A stretch of DNA of 62,505 bases, counting the filler. It is 6 parts of 6 records of this genome, joined end to end, with 100 filler letters (N's around TTAATTAATTAA, not from the genome) between each part and the next. Parts side by side here need not be neighbours in the genome. Positions count along the whole stretch, not along the records: positions 27,539 to 33,930 come from DRR723986_29576; positions 34,031 to 56,203 come from DRR723986_29588; 4 more parts are not named here. The stretch is one strand, 5' to 3'. Shown piece by piece: positions 29,524-39,829 of the stretch (positions are counted from its first letter, which is position 1; the number at the start of each line of letters is the position of its first letter). A model generated the notes under the pieces. The model was given only the letters and a program-made list of their open reading frames with translations. It did no database searches and was not told the origin of the DNA. Position numbers and translations under genes: made by a program.

Positions 29524-30450
29524 GGCCGCCTGCCGCAGCTTGCGCTCGCGATGGGTGATGTAGAGCCCGCTCGAGATGATCAGGGCAATCCCCAGCCATG
29601 TCGGTCCGTCCGGAAAATTGGAAAAGACCAGATACCCGAACAGGGTGGCGCTGACGATTTCGATATATTGCAGCGGTGCCAGCATACTGGCGCTGCCGCG
29701 TTGAAACGCGGAAACGACAAGACCGTGGCCGGCGAAGGAAATCAGCCCGATCAAGGCCAGCAAGCCGGACTGGGGTGCGTCCGGCATGACGAATTCCATG
29801 CCTTCGATCCCGGTCAGATATCCGATCACGAGACCTGTCCCAAGCAACAGTGAACCGGAAAGGCCCGCGCTAAACTGGATGGTCAGAAGATCGTCGCGAA
29901 CGGGGTAGAGCCTGTTGAGCAGCAGGTAGAAGGAAAACAGAACGGCGGTTGCGACCGGCAGCAGGCTGACGAGACCAATCTCCGCCAGCGTCGGCCGCAG
30001 AACGATTATGGCCCCCAGCAGGCCAACGAGAATGGCGCCGATCCGACGCGGGCCGACCTGTTCCTTCAAAAGCACCGCCGCAAGGATGGTAAGGACCATG
30101 GGCTCAACAAAGAATATCGAGATCGCGGTCGCCACCGACATGTACTTCACCGCAGTGAAGAAACAGAGCGATGCTGTGCCCAGAAGAATGCCGCGCAGGT
30201 AGTTCACGACCGGTTGTTTGCCCCTCAGGTGCATGAGGCGGCCGGTGACCAATGCAATGGCAAGGCTGATCAGAAGCTGAAAGAAAAAGCGGCCGAATGT
30301 GACTTCAAGCGTCGGCAGCTCCGCGGAGAGATATTTTGCGGTGATATCCATCACCGGCAGCAGCAGCATGGCCGACGTCATCAGGAAAATCGCCATGAGC
30401 GGGTTCTGCTCGACATCCCCGGAACGGGAGGAAATGGACTGACGCTTCAT
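29515..30450 (-). CDS. DMT/EamA family transporter
   Basis: About 10 TM; two EamA-like halves; LAPLQY. Confidence 0.88.
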   Translation of the reverse strand: MKRQSISSRSGDVEQNPLMAIFLMTSAMLLLPVMDITAKYLSAELPTLEVTFGRFFFQLLISLAIALVTGRLMHLRGKQPVVNYLRGILLGTASLCFFTAVKYMSVATAISIFFVEPMVLTILAAVLLKEQVGPRRIGAILVGLLGAIIVLRPTLAEIGLVSLLPVATAVLFSFYLLLNRLYPVRDDLLTIQFSAGLSGSLLLGTGLVIGYLTGIEGMEFVMPDAPQSGLLALIGLISFAGHGLVVSAFQRGSASMLAPLQYIEIVSATLFGYLVFSNFPDGPTWLGIALIISSGLYITHRERKLRQAASN

Positions 30451-30698
30451 CGTGCTGCAACCTCCGGAGCGTCTTCATCACTGAAAACCACACGCGAACA
30501 GGGATTTCGCCGGCTTTCCGGCGATGGGCAATCGCTTGGGAGAAGGACCGGCAACAAGGAAAGGGCCGGGCAAAAATCTCTGTGGTCGCTGACCGCAGCA
30601 GGATTGCCGATCCATATTCCTTTTGAAGTTGAACGTCTCCCGGAGCAAGCCGGCAAACGCCAAGTTCGTCAGAAAAGAGAAAATATTTTGAAGGCTGC

Positions 30699-31697
30699 TC
30701 AGGCGGAAAGATCGAGCAGTTTCATGTCGAGTTCGGAAAGCGGCTGTAACGAGCCAAGCGCGGCGCGGGCTTCTTCGCTGTCCCGGTCCATCTGGGCAAT
30801 CAGTGCCTCGACCGAGTCGAACTTTTCCTCGCCGCGCAGATAGGACACCAGGTGCACGCGCAGCGTCTTGCCGTAGAGATCGCCAGCAAAGTCGAACAGG
30901 AACACTTCAAACAGTGCGGCGCCATTGTCGAAGGTCGGGCGGCGACCATAGCTGGCGACGCCGTCATGCCAGGCCCCGTCGACACGGACCTTGACCGCAT
31001 AGATGCCCTGCTTCAGCGGGCAATCCTCGGTAAGGCTCATGTTGGCGGTCGGATAGCCGAGGTCGCGGCCGCGCTTGTCTCCGTGGCGCACGTCCGCCTC
31101 GAAGAACCAGCGGTAGCCAAGGAGACCGTTTGCCTGGGCGATTTCCCCCCGTGAGAGGCTGTCGCGGATGCGGGTGGAAGAAATGACTTCGGCGCCTTCG
31201 TCTTCCTCGCGCTGGACGATGGTCACGCCGAAGCCGTGGTCGGCGCCGGCGGAACGCAAATAGTCTGGCGTGCCCTGTCTGGCCCGGCCGAAGTGGAAGT
31301 CATAACCGGTGACCGCGTGGGAGATGCCGAGCGTGTCGATGAGAATGTCCTGAACGAAGGCATTCGCTTCGATGCCGGCAAACTCCCGGGTGAAGGGAAG
31401 GATGAGCGCGCCGTCGAGACCGCACAGGCGCAGCAGGTCGAGTTTCTGCTGTGGCGGGGTCAGACGGAAAACGGGTTTGGACGGGTTGAAGACCGTGCGC
31501 GGATGCGGCTCGAAGCTCATGGCATAGACCGGATGATGCGTTCCGTGGCCAAGACCGAGCGCAGCGTCGAGCACGGCACGGTGGCCCCTGTGAACGCCGT
31601 CGAAGTTGCCGATGGCAACAATGCCGCCTTTCAGGTCCGCCGGAAAGGCATCCAGGCTTTCGATGATCGGAAAGCTGGAGGGATCAGTGGAGCTCAT
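30699..31697 (-). CDS. ribF: Bifunctional riboflavin kinase/FAD synthetase
   Basis: IGNFDGVHRGH, GYDFHFG, ISSTRIR, GYPTAN. Confidence 0.95.
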   Translation of the reverse strand: MSSTDPSSFPIIESLDAFPADLKGGIVAIGNFDGVHRGHRAVLDAALGLGHGTHHPVYAMSFEPHPRTVFNPSKPVFRLTPPQQKLDLLRLCGLDGALILPFTREFAGIEANAFVQDILIDTLGISHAVTGYDFHFGRARQGTPDYLRSAGADHGFGVTIVQREEDEGAEVISSTRIRDSLSRGEIAQANGLLGYRWFFEADVRHGDKRGRDLGYPTANMSLTEDCPLKQGIYAVKVRVDGAWHDGVASYGRRPTFDNGAALFEVFLFDFAGDLYGKTLRVHLVSYLRGEEKFDSVEALIAQMDRDSEEARAALGSLQPLSELDMKLLDLSA

Positions 31698-31882
31698 GCG
31701 GCAAACCTTCGCGCAACGATACGTCACAACGGTCCGGTGTGCCGGCCCGTCCTGCAGGAACACGTCTAACAAGGCGCTCCGGGTGGAGCAGCCCTGCCGA
31801 CTTTGGCGTGGAACCTGCCGTCAAGCAAAGCAAAGGTCAAGATGGGGATGTGCCGAAGACTTGCCTTTGCGGTCGCTGCCCG

Positions 31883-32329
31883 TCAAAGACCTGATTGATC
31901 TTCGTCCCGGCCAGGAACCTTCACCAGTGCCTCGCCTTCCAGAACCACGGTGTCGTCGACACTGCAGATACAGGAAAGGCGGGCACGGTTGCCGCGCTCC
32001 ATCAGTTCCTCGACGGTGACAGTCACCTTGACGTCATCGCCGATCCTGACCGGTGCCTTGAAATTGAGCGTTTGCGACAGATAGATCGCGCCGGGGCCGG
32101 GAAGGCGGGTGCCGAGCACGGCCGAGATCAGGCTGGCCGTATAGAGGCCATGGGCGATTCTCGTCTTGAAGGGCGTGCGGGCGGCAAAATGTTCGGACAG
32201 ATGAATCGGGTTCCGGTCGCCGGATACTTCCGCAAAGCCGACCACGTCGGAAGAACTTACATGCTTCACGAGTACTTCGCTCATACCCACGGAAAGATCT
32301 TCGAAGCAGAGTTTTTGCAGTTCCAACAT
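31883..32329 (-). CDS. MaoC family dehydratase (PhaJ-like)
   Basis: FAEVSGDRNPIH, IAHG, LPGPG. Confidence 0.9.
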   Translation of the reverse strand: MLELQKLCFEDLSVGMSEVLVKHVSSSDVVGFAEVSGDRNPIHLSEHFAARTPFKTRIAHGLYTASLISAVLGTRLPGPGAIYLSQTLNFKAPVRIGDDVKVTVTVEELMERGNRARLSCICSVDDTVVLEGEALVKVPGRDEDQSGL

Positions 32330-32432
32330 TACGGTTTCCGCCCTGATTTGTCTTGATTTGAAGTAGGCGGACGCTAGGCGGTGCAAGGTTTTCTGGCAAT
32401 TGTGCTTTGGGCGAAGAAAAAAGCGCCTGTTA

Positions 32433-32447
32433 TTAACGGTCTTTTCA
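32433..32447 (+). promoter_or_regulatory. Possible CtrA box upstream of cheY
   Basis: TTAA-N7-TTCA, one mismatch to TTAA-N7-TTAA; chemotaxis gene context. Confidence 0.35.
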
Positions 32448-32579
32448 GGGGCGGCGGGTAGATTGCGTTGAGTGTGGGGAGGTGAGGACACAATAATGTG
32501 TCGCTCTCCTTCGAAGTCATAACGCGTTTCCACCGGCCCACGGCCAGGGGCCGCGCAAATTGACAGTATGGAGTAGACA

Positions 32580-32963
32580 ATGGCCCTTGATCTTCAGATG
32601 CCGGTCCTCGTGGTCGATGACTACAAAACGATGATTCGCATCATTCGGAACCTGCTCAAGCAACTCGGTTTCGAAGACATCGACGATGCTGCGGACGGCA
32701 CCGAAGCTTTGGAAAAAATGAAACAGCGCCGTTATGGCCTGGTGATTTCCGACTGGAACATGGAGCCGATGACCGGTTACGAGCTGCTGAAGCAGGTTCG
32801 TGCCGACGGCAGCCTCAGCAAGACGCCTTTCATCATGGTGACTGCTGAATCCAAGACGGAAAACGTCATCGCCGCCAAGAAAGCCGGCGTGAACAACTAC
32901 ATCGTGAAGCCTTTCAATGCTCAGACGCTGAAAGGCAAGATCGAGGCGGTCTTCTCCGATTGA
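32580..32963 (+). CDS. cheY: Chemotaxis response regulator CheY
   Basis: LVVDDY, ISDWNMEPM, MVTAE, YIVKPF; adjacent to cheZ. Confidence 0.9.
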   Translation: MALDLQMPVLVVDDYKTMIRIIRNLLKQLGFEDIDDAADGTEALEKMKQRRYGLVISDWNMEPMTGYELLKQVRADGSLSKTPFIMVTAESKTENVIAAKKAGVNNYIVKPFNAQTLKGKIEAVFSD

Positions 32964-33136
32964 TTTCTTGCACTTGGCGGGGAGCTGCGTTGGGGCGCAC
33001 CTCCGCCAGTGCCAGACGGATGTACAGGATCGGCGCGGTCTTGCTGGGCAGGCAGGCCGGGTCAGCTTTGCTGCATCCGAAAAGTTATAGCGGTTCCTGA
33101 GAATTCCGGATCCGCGCTTCGGAGGATGCTTTCAAA

Positions 33137-33829
33137 ATGGAAAGGCTCGACCTGGTGGCCAGTATGAAACAGGAAAACATTGCCCGAGTCATAGACTTCC
33201 TGCAGGAAAACAAGAACAGGCAAGGTGAAGTTTCCCTGACCGACGTGATGCATCTTGCAGAAGTCATGTCGGGTTCGATGCACGATTTTCTGTCGACCGT
33301 ACAACCGGCCGTTACGGAAGAGCTGACCGTCATCGCCAAGGAAATCAGGCGCATGAAGGAGGAAATCTCCCAACTGCGCGCCAATGACATGACTGGCAGC
33401 AAGATCCCGGACGCCGGACGGGAACTGGACGCCATCGTTGAAGCGACGGAAGAAGCCACCAACACCATCATGGAAGCAGCCGAAGAGATCATGGGCGCCG
33501 ATGCCAGCGACCATGAAGCCTATCAGGAACTGGTCAGCAACAAGATGATCAGCATCTTCGAGGCTTGCACCTTCCAGGACATCACCGGGCAGAGAATTTC
33601 GAAGGTGGTCGAAACGCTTCGTTACATCGATGAGCGTGTGACTTCCTTCATCGAGCAGCTGCGCATTCCGGAAGACCTTGATGCGAAGTTGGTTGAAACA
33701 GAGTCGGAGCGCCGCAAGCGCGAGCTGATCCTCCATGGTCCGCAGCATTCAGGCGAAGGTGTTTCGCAAGACGATATCGATGCCCTTCTGGGCGGCGCAC
33801 AGGCGGATATCGACAAGCTGTTCGACTGA
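33137..33829 (+). CDS. cheZ: CheZ-family protein phosphatase
   Basis: ELDAIVEATEEATNTIM, FQDITGQRI, C-terminal SQDDIDAL. Confidence 0.85.
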   Translation: MERLDLVASMKQENIARVIDFLQENKNRQGEVSLTDVMHLAEVMSGSMHDFLSTVQPAVTEELTVIAKEIRRMKEEISQLRANDMTGSKIPDAGRELDAIVEATEEATNTIMEAAEEIMGADASDHEAYQELVSNKMISIFEACTFQDITGQRISKVVETLRYIDERVTSFIEQLRIPEDLDAKLVETESERRKRELILHGPQHSGEGVSQDDIDALLGGAQADIDKLFD

Positions 33830-33851
33830 TCCGGACTGAAAAAACGATTTC

Positions 33852-33880
33852 AAAGGGCTCTCCATTGGAGGGCCCTTTTT
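33852..33880 (+). terminator. Intrinsic terminator after cheZ
   Basis: AAAGGGCTCTCC-ATT-GGAGGGCCCTTTTT. Confidence 0.85.
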
Positions 33881-33901
33881 GGTTCTGAACATTCTCTCCA
33901 T

Positions 33902-33930
33902 CGTCATCCCATGGCTTGACCATGGGATCC
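33902..33930 (+). repeat. CGTC-tagged REP-like palindrome at the contig end
   Basis: CGTC-ATCCCATGG-CTTGA-CCATGGGAT-CC. Confidence 0.65.
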
Positions 33931-34030
33931 NNNNNNNNNNNNNNNNNNNNNNNNNNNNNNNNNNNNNNNNNNNNTTAATTAATTAANNNNNNNNNNNNNN
34001 NNNNNNNNNNNNNNNNNNNNNNNNNNNNNN
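33931..34030. other. Artificial contig spacer
   Basis: N44-TTAATTAATTAA-N44. Confidence 0.99.
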
Positions 34031-35324
34031 TTCCGAAATGAACCTTATCTACTTGCCAATTAACACTATCTACTTTTTGTAATTCTATTCTCCCCATTTT
34101 ATCCTTGAATCTAATTTGAAAAGTGTGAACTATTTCACGCACCAAATTTTCAATTGATATTTCTTGAAGATTTAATTTGAGTTTTCCTTTATCGATTAAT
34201 GCTGTTTGCAATACGTTTTCAACCAAAGTGCCCAACCTTTTATTTTCTTGGTCAATCATAGTAATATAACTCCTCACCACTTCTTCATTTGCTCCAACAT
34301 CAGGATCTTTGGCCGCCTCACATGCAAGAGATATTGTAGAAATAGGCGTTTTCAACTCATGGGTCATATTTGAAATGAAATCATTTTTTATTTCAGACAA
34401 TTGCTTTTGCTTGAAGATGGTTGAAACTGCAAAGTAGAATGCTAATACCACAATGATCACCAATAACAATGAGCCAATTAAAGTGCCTGACATGGTCCTC
34501 CAGACATAAATGTTTTCTTTCGGAAAGGAAATTAACAATTGATGTCCTCCTGAAACGATATCGTTTGGAAACAAAACAGTATTATGATCTGAAAGCATTA
34601 AAGAAGGATCTTGATGAGGACTCTGAAACATAAACTCTACAGGTTCATGGAATTTATCGATAATATTGAAGGTGAAAACGGTGTCAATATCCTGTATTGT
34701 TAAGTTCCTTGCAAGAAGAGAATCTATAATAAAAGGGTTAAGCCTTAAAGATATATCATCAAAGAAATTACTCGCAAACATTTTAATCATTAAGTCATTG
34801 ATATGATTTGCCTTATTCATGATTTGCCGCTCGAAAGATTGATTCAGCTGAATAGCAAAAGCATTGGTATCGTTGATTCCAAGAACTGAATTCTCAATAT
34901 TAGTTGGAGTGATTTCTCCTAAATTTTTGGTAATCACTTTGTGTTCTGCTCGTAGACCTGTTGCTGTATCGATTGTAGTTCCAGTCACCACAAGAAAGCG
35001 CATAGGTTCTCCATCTTTGTAAATAATTGTATCCCTAACCAGAATGGCTTCTTTAGCGGACATTACTTCTCCAAATTCTGCTTTTACAAAATCCATATAT
35101 GAACCTTGGAGACCTTGCTGGTAAGCATCAGGGCCAATTAGATTTAAGGCTTCAGCATGTTCTAAATCTAAGGTTGTCTGCTCTAGACATTTCTCAACAT
35201 CTTGATTAAATTGATTTTCGGTAGTTTGATAGACATTTTTAATCCAAAAAAACTGCAATAACAGCAGCCCCATCAATGCCAGTGACATGAGACCGATTAA
35301 TATTTTAAACCTGTTATTATTCAA
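34031..35324 (-). CDS. Sensor histidine kinase (3' truncated)
   Basis: Two TM; H-box DFISNMTHELKTPISTI. Confidence 0.9.
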
Positions 35325-35404
35325 ATTGATGGAGCTTAGGTCTTCAAAAATAACGGAACTGAATGGATTTAATTTTCGGCTTAACCTTTTTTAACAGAAA
35401 TTAC

Positions 35405-35412
35405 TAATTTTG
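35405..35412 (+). promoter_or_regulatory. Bacteroidota -7 promoter element TAnnTTTG (others at 38035, 39774, 48066, 48567, 51767)
   Basis: TAATTTTG shortly upstream of the start codon; the motif recurs before six genes. Confidence 0.7.
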
Positions 35413-35423
35413 CCCACCGCTAG

Positions 35424-36749
35424 ATGAGACCACTTTACTTCATACTAAGAATGACACTGCCTTACGCGTTTTTCGTGTACTTCAGAAGAAGAGGAGCGGT
35501 GAATTCGCAAAGAAAATTCAATGCGCAAACAATTTTTGTCAGTAACCATCCTAGTGCTTTTTTCGACCCATTAACAGCCGCGAATCATCAGTGGCCAATC
35601 ATGTATTTCATGACACGAAGTGATGTGTTTAAAAAATGGTTGCATCCAATCACCTGGGCTAGCCAAATGGTTCCAATCTATAGAAAAGAAGAAGACGGTG
35701 CGGATTCTCATGAAAAAAACAAGGAGGTTTTTAGGGGTATAAGAAAAGTGCTGCAACGTAAAAAATCCTTGATCCTTTTTGGTGAAGGATACACAGATAA
35801 TGAGTTTATAAGAAGCCTAAAACCCCTTAAAAAAGGAGCTGCGAGAATTGGCTTTGGAACAATGGACGCTTCAGATTGGAAAATCAATATAAAAGTTCAA
35901 GCCATAGGAATCAACTATACAGACCCAAACCAGCTTAGAAGTGACTGTTTGCTCTCAATGGGAGAGATTTTTTATCTAAAAGACTATAAAGAACTTTATG
36001 ATGAAAATCCGAATAAGGCCATAACTCAACTTACGAGAGACATTGAAAAAAGTCTAAGAGCCAATTTGACCTGTATTGATGACAAGAGTTTAGCGCCTTT
36101 CTTAGAACAGCTGCTGATTCTAACCAGAAAAGGAATGAATCATGTTCATTATGATCACAAGTATTCCTTGCGAGAGCGCTTTAATTATTCTCGTGCCCTT
36201 GCGAATCGTATCAATGATGAATTCAACGAATCGCATAAGGAATGGAATGAATTAAAAGATTTATCTGAGGATTATTTCAATGATCTGGAAGCTGAAAATC
36301 TTGAAGACTATGTGGTTTATAATTATGCCGAAAACAAACACAAGAAAGAAACACTCAAGAGCTGGACTTATTTAATAATAAGTGCGCCAATTTTGATTTT
36401 AGGAATTGTGCATTCACTAGTCCCTTATTTATTGGTTAAGAAATTAGTAGAAAAAATCTTTAAGCGAAAAGTATTTTGGAGTGGGGTAAAAATGTTACTA
36501 GGCGGAGTGGCATGGATATTATTTAACCTCCCGTTTATCTGGTTATTCTATGATTACATCTACCCTAGCTATTTACTTTCTTTGCTTTATTTCTTTTTTG
36601 CAATTCCTTTGAGTTTTATCATTTCTCATAACTGGATTACCAAACTTAAACGGACTTTGGCCATTAACCGTGCTAGACTTTCTGAACTGAAAAAATTGAT
36701 TTTAAAACGAGAAGCAGTAAAAGCAAAGATTAAGGAAATGAATATTTAA
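35424..36749 (+). CDS. PlsC-like glycerolipid acyltransferase
   Basis: NHPSAFFD (HX4D), FGEG motif, C-terminal TMs. Confidence 0.85.
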   Translation: MRPLYFILRMTLPYAFFVYFRRRGAVNSQRKFNAQTIFVSNHPSAFFDPLTAANHQWPIMYFMTRSDVFKKWLHPITWASQMVPIYRKEEDGADSHEKNKEVFRGIRKVLQRKKSLILFGEGYTDNEFIRSLKPLKKGAARIGFGTMDASDWKINIKVQAIGINYTDPNQLRSDCLLSMGEIFYLKDYKELYDENPNKAITQLTRDIEKSLRANLTCIDDKSLAPFLEQLLILTRKGMNHVHYDHKYSLRERFNYSRALANRINDEFNESHKEWNELKDLSEDYFNDLEAENLEDYVVYNYAENKHKKETLKSWTYLIISAPILILGIVHSLVPYLLVKKLVEKIFKRKVFWSGVKMLLGGVAWILFNLPFIWLFYDYIYPSYLLSLLYFFFAIPLSFIISHNWITKLKRTLAINRARLSELKKLILKREAVKAKIKEMNI

Positions 36750-38024
36750 CTATTCAAAGTCTTTATATAAGAGATACTTTTTTCTGATCTCTTTAAATTC
36801 TGAAATCCCTTTTGACCATCCTTCAGCAATAGTTTCATAATTTTTACCTGCAATTATTTGAGATTTTAACTCAGCTGTTCCTGCCAACAAGTTGATGAAG
36901 TTATTGGATAAAAAGAAAGATTCTCCCATCTTCAATTTATTATAGAACTCAATCAATAATGACAGATCGAGTTCATTTATCTTTTGTAAATCTTTAATTT
37001 CCTTTTTCACAAAAGAGTAGCCATAACAGGTTTCCCCTTCTAATTTAGGATGTTTTGATCCGAAATTAGGAGCTGGCTTAAAACTGTGAAGATCTTCCAA
37101 AACATCTACTTCAAATTTCGGATGGCCTAAGCATTGAAATGGATAATCCGTTCCTCTCCCGATTGAAACTTCTGTTCCTTCAAAAAAGCACAATGATGGA
37201 TACATATAAACAGCCGTCATATTGGGTAAATTAGGAGATGGGGCTACAGGTAATTGATAAAATTCGTTGTGATCCCAACCTTCAACCTTCACCACCTCTA
37301 AGGAACAAGTTTTACCATCCTTTAACCAACCTTCACCGTTCAACATTTGAGCGTACTCACCGATCGTCATCCCGTGAACAACCGGTACACAATTCATTCC
37401 AATAAATGAACTGTGGACTTTTTCTAAAATTGGACCGTCAACATAGTGCCCATTAGGATTTGGTCGATCAAGGACAATCAGCTTTTTATCATTTTCAGCT
37501 GCAGCTGCCATCACATAATTTAAGGTTGATATATAGGTGTAAAATCGTGCACCAACATCTTGTATATCAAACAAGATTACATCAACATCTTTCAATTGAT
37601 CCGCAGAAGGTTTTTTATTTGATCCGTATAAAGATACAAGTGGCAAACCTGTCTTCGTGTCTACCCCGTCTTTTACTGATTCTCCAGCATCAGCATCTCC
37701 CCTAAAACCGTGCTCAGGTGAAAACACCTTTGTTAAATCTACATCTAAACTCTGCAGGGTATCCACTAAATGAACACTCCCCACCATTGAAGTTTGATTA
37801 CCAACAATTGCCACTTTTTTACCTTGAAGTGATGGCAAATACTCGTCTAATCGCTCTGCTCCCATGGTCACTTGATCGTTACAAAAGAGTGGTTTTTCTG
37901 TTAAAACAGAATCTTCTTCGTTAGCGATTAGCTGATCAGATTCATCAGTTAATTCAGCTTCAGCTGAGGAGCTACAAGACCAAAGTAGGCCAATTGTCAG
38001 GAAAAAATAGCAGAATTTCATCAT
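36750..38024 (-). CDS. Exo-beta-N-acetylmuramidase NamZ family (DUF1343) lipoprotein
   Basis: PEHGFRG, FDIQDVGARFYTY, LDRPNP, SPNLP; lipobox LWSC. Confidence 0.88.
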   Translation of the reverse strand: MMKFCYFFLTIGLLWSCSSSAEAELTDESDQLIANEEDSVLTEKPLFCNDQVTMGAERLDEYLPSLQGKKVAIVGNQTSMVGSVHLVDTLQSLDVDLTKVFSPEHGFRGDADAGESVKDGVDTKTGLPLVSLYGSNKKPSADQLKDVDVILFDIQDVGARFYTYISTLNYVMAAAAENDKKLIVLDRPNPNGHYVDGPILEKVHSSFIGMNCVPVVHGMTIGEYAQMLNGEGWLKDGKTCSLEVVKVEGWDHNEFYQLPVAPSPNLPNMTAVYMYPSLCFFEGTEVSIGRGTDYPFQCLGHPKFEVDVLEDLHSFKPAPNFGSKHPKLEGETCYGYSFVKKEIKDLQKINELDLSLLIEFYNKLKMGESFFLSNNFINLLAGTAELKSQIIAGKNYETIAEGWSKGISEFKEIRKKYLLYKDFE

Positions 38025-38058
38025 ATTAAAATCTTACATTTGTGTAAAAGTAATCAAA

Positions 38059-39714
38059 TTGAATACCGAATTCTTTATTGCGCGAAAGTTAATGAAGTCC
38101 GACCCATCTGAAAGTCGGCTTTCCAAACCCATTGTGGTTATTTCTTTAGCAAGCATTATCATTGGTATTGCAATAATGATTGTTTCAATTTCAATCGTTA
38201 CTGGTTTTCAAGATGGAATTAGAGATAAGGTTATTGGATTCGGCTCGCACATTCAAGTCACTCACTTTTATGACAACAGTTCAATGGAATCAAGTCCCTT
38301 ACTCATTGATCAGGAATTTTATCCCAGTATTGTTGAGGATGAAGAAGAAGTGAAACACATTCAAGTTTATGCTTATAAACCTGCCATTTTACAATCAAAA
38401 CGTGACTCGGTTGAATTTGAAATGCAAGATTCGTCAGTATTTGAATCTTCACAAGACATTCTCGGTGTTTTATACAAAGGAATAGATAAAGATTTTGATT
38501 GGGATTTTTTCTCAAGCAAAATGATAGATGGAAGAACTATCAACTTTGATTCTGCGAATTCAGAAATTGTCATTTCACAGTATATCGCTGACAAAATGGG
38601 ATACCAAGTTGGTGATGAGGTTAATTCATTTTTCATAATGGATAACGGACCTAAAAAACGAAATTTTGAAGTTGTCGGCATTTACAACACAGGTTTTGAA
38701 GAGTTTGATAAAAAATTAATTCTCACCCAAATTCAGCAAATTCAAAAACTCAATAACTGGGGAGTTCAAACTTTTTTAACGGTAGATAAGGACACCTGTA
38801 TTGACAACAAGTTTGTTCTTAAAGCCGTGAGTAAAGGTGGATCTGGATTTTATAAATACCAGTGGAGCAATTCGGATTATTATGCTGATCAAGACTACTT
38901 TTTAGTGGATGGCTCCATCTCTGAAGAAATCTATGTGATTAGTACAGATTTTGAACGCAATTATTTAGGAAACGGTGTAGAAGAATTGTCGGTTCCTGAC
39001 ACTGCAAGTGTTAAAATTCTGGCCAATCAAAAATGCGAATGCAACGAATCTACCCTAGCGAATAACCCTATCAATTTTGTAAGTGCTGAACAAATTGAAA
39101 TGCCTTTTGGCACATTGAACATCATTAATGGTAAGGGGACTTCGCATCTTTATGCTGGTGGATTTGAAATCACTCTAAAAAACTGGGAATCACTAGATAA
39201 AATGGATGAGATAATCGATCTGAATATTCCTGGCGAATTGACCACAAAGAAAATTACTGACATGCACAAAAACATTTTTGCTTGGCTAGATTTCTTAGAT
39301 ATCAATATCCTCATCATTATTACGCTACTGCTAATCGTGGCGCTTATCAACATGATCACCTCATTATTGGTGATGATTCTCGATAAATCAAATATGATTG
39401 GTGTTCTAAAAGCCTTAGGTGCTAGCAATAAGTCTATTCGTAAAATCTTTTTACTCAATTCAATTTTCTTACTATCAAGAGGACTTTTATGGGGGAATCT
39501 TCTTGGGCTCAGCATAATTGCCCTTCAATATTTTACTGGGTTTATCAGTTTAAACCCAGAGGTTTATTATTTGGATACTGTCCCAGTTAATTTCGACTGG
39601 TTTAATATTTTAATGATCAACCTAATTACCATTGTTGTTTGCAGGTTGACTTTGGCAATTCCTAGCCTTCTTATCAAACGAATCGATCCTATTAAAGCAA
39701 TTCGTTTCGATTAG
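38059..39714 (+). CDS. LolC/E-like (MacB/FtsX) ABC permease with an internal insertion of about 130 aa
   Basis: FIARKL, IVTGFQ, IGVLKALGA, LNPEVYYL. Confidence 0.85.
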   Translation: MNTEFFIARKLMKSDPSESRLSKPIVVISLASIIIGIAIMIVSISIVTGFQDGIRDKVIGFGSHIQVTHFYDNSSMESSPLLIDQEFYPSIVEDEEEVKHIQVYAYKPAILQSKRDSVEFEMQDSSVFESSQDILGVLYKGIDKDFDWDFFSSKMIDGRTINFDSANSEIVISQYIADKMGYQVGDEVNSFFIMDNGPKKRNFEVVGIYNTGFEEFDKKLILTQIQQIQKLNNWGVQTFLTVDKDTCIDNKFVLKAVSKGGSGFYKYQWSNSDYYADQDYFLVDGSISEEIYVISTDFERNYLGNGVEELSVPDTASVKILANQKCECNESTLANNPINFVSAEQIEMPFGTLNIINGKGTSHLYAGGFEITLKNWESLDKMDEIIDLNIPGELTTKKITDMHKNIFAWLDFLDINILIIITLLLIVALINMITSLLVMILDKSNMIGVLKALGASNKSIRKIFLLNSIFLLSRGLLWGNLLGLSIIALQYFTGFISLNPEVYYLDTVPVNFDWFNILMINLITIVVCRLTLAIPSLLIKRIDPIKAIRFD

Positions 39715-39829
39715 TTATTGAATTTTCTCGTTTTATTTTAGTTCGATTTCAAAAAACATTAGGAATTTTCGATTAAATTTGCGGTCTCTTACCACTAGTA
39801 AGAATCATTACAAATTTATACTCAACCAA

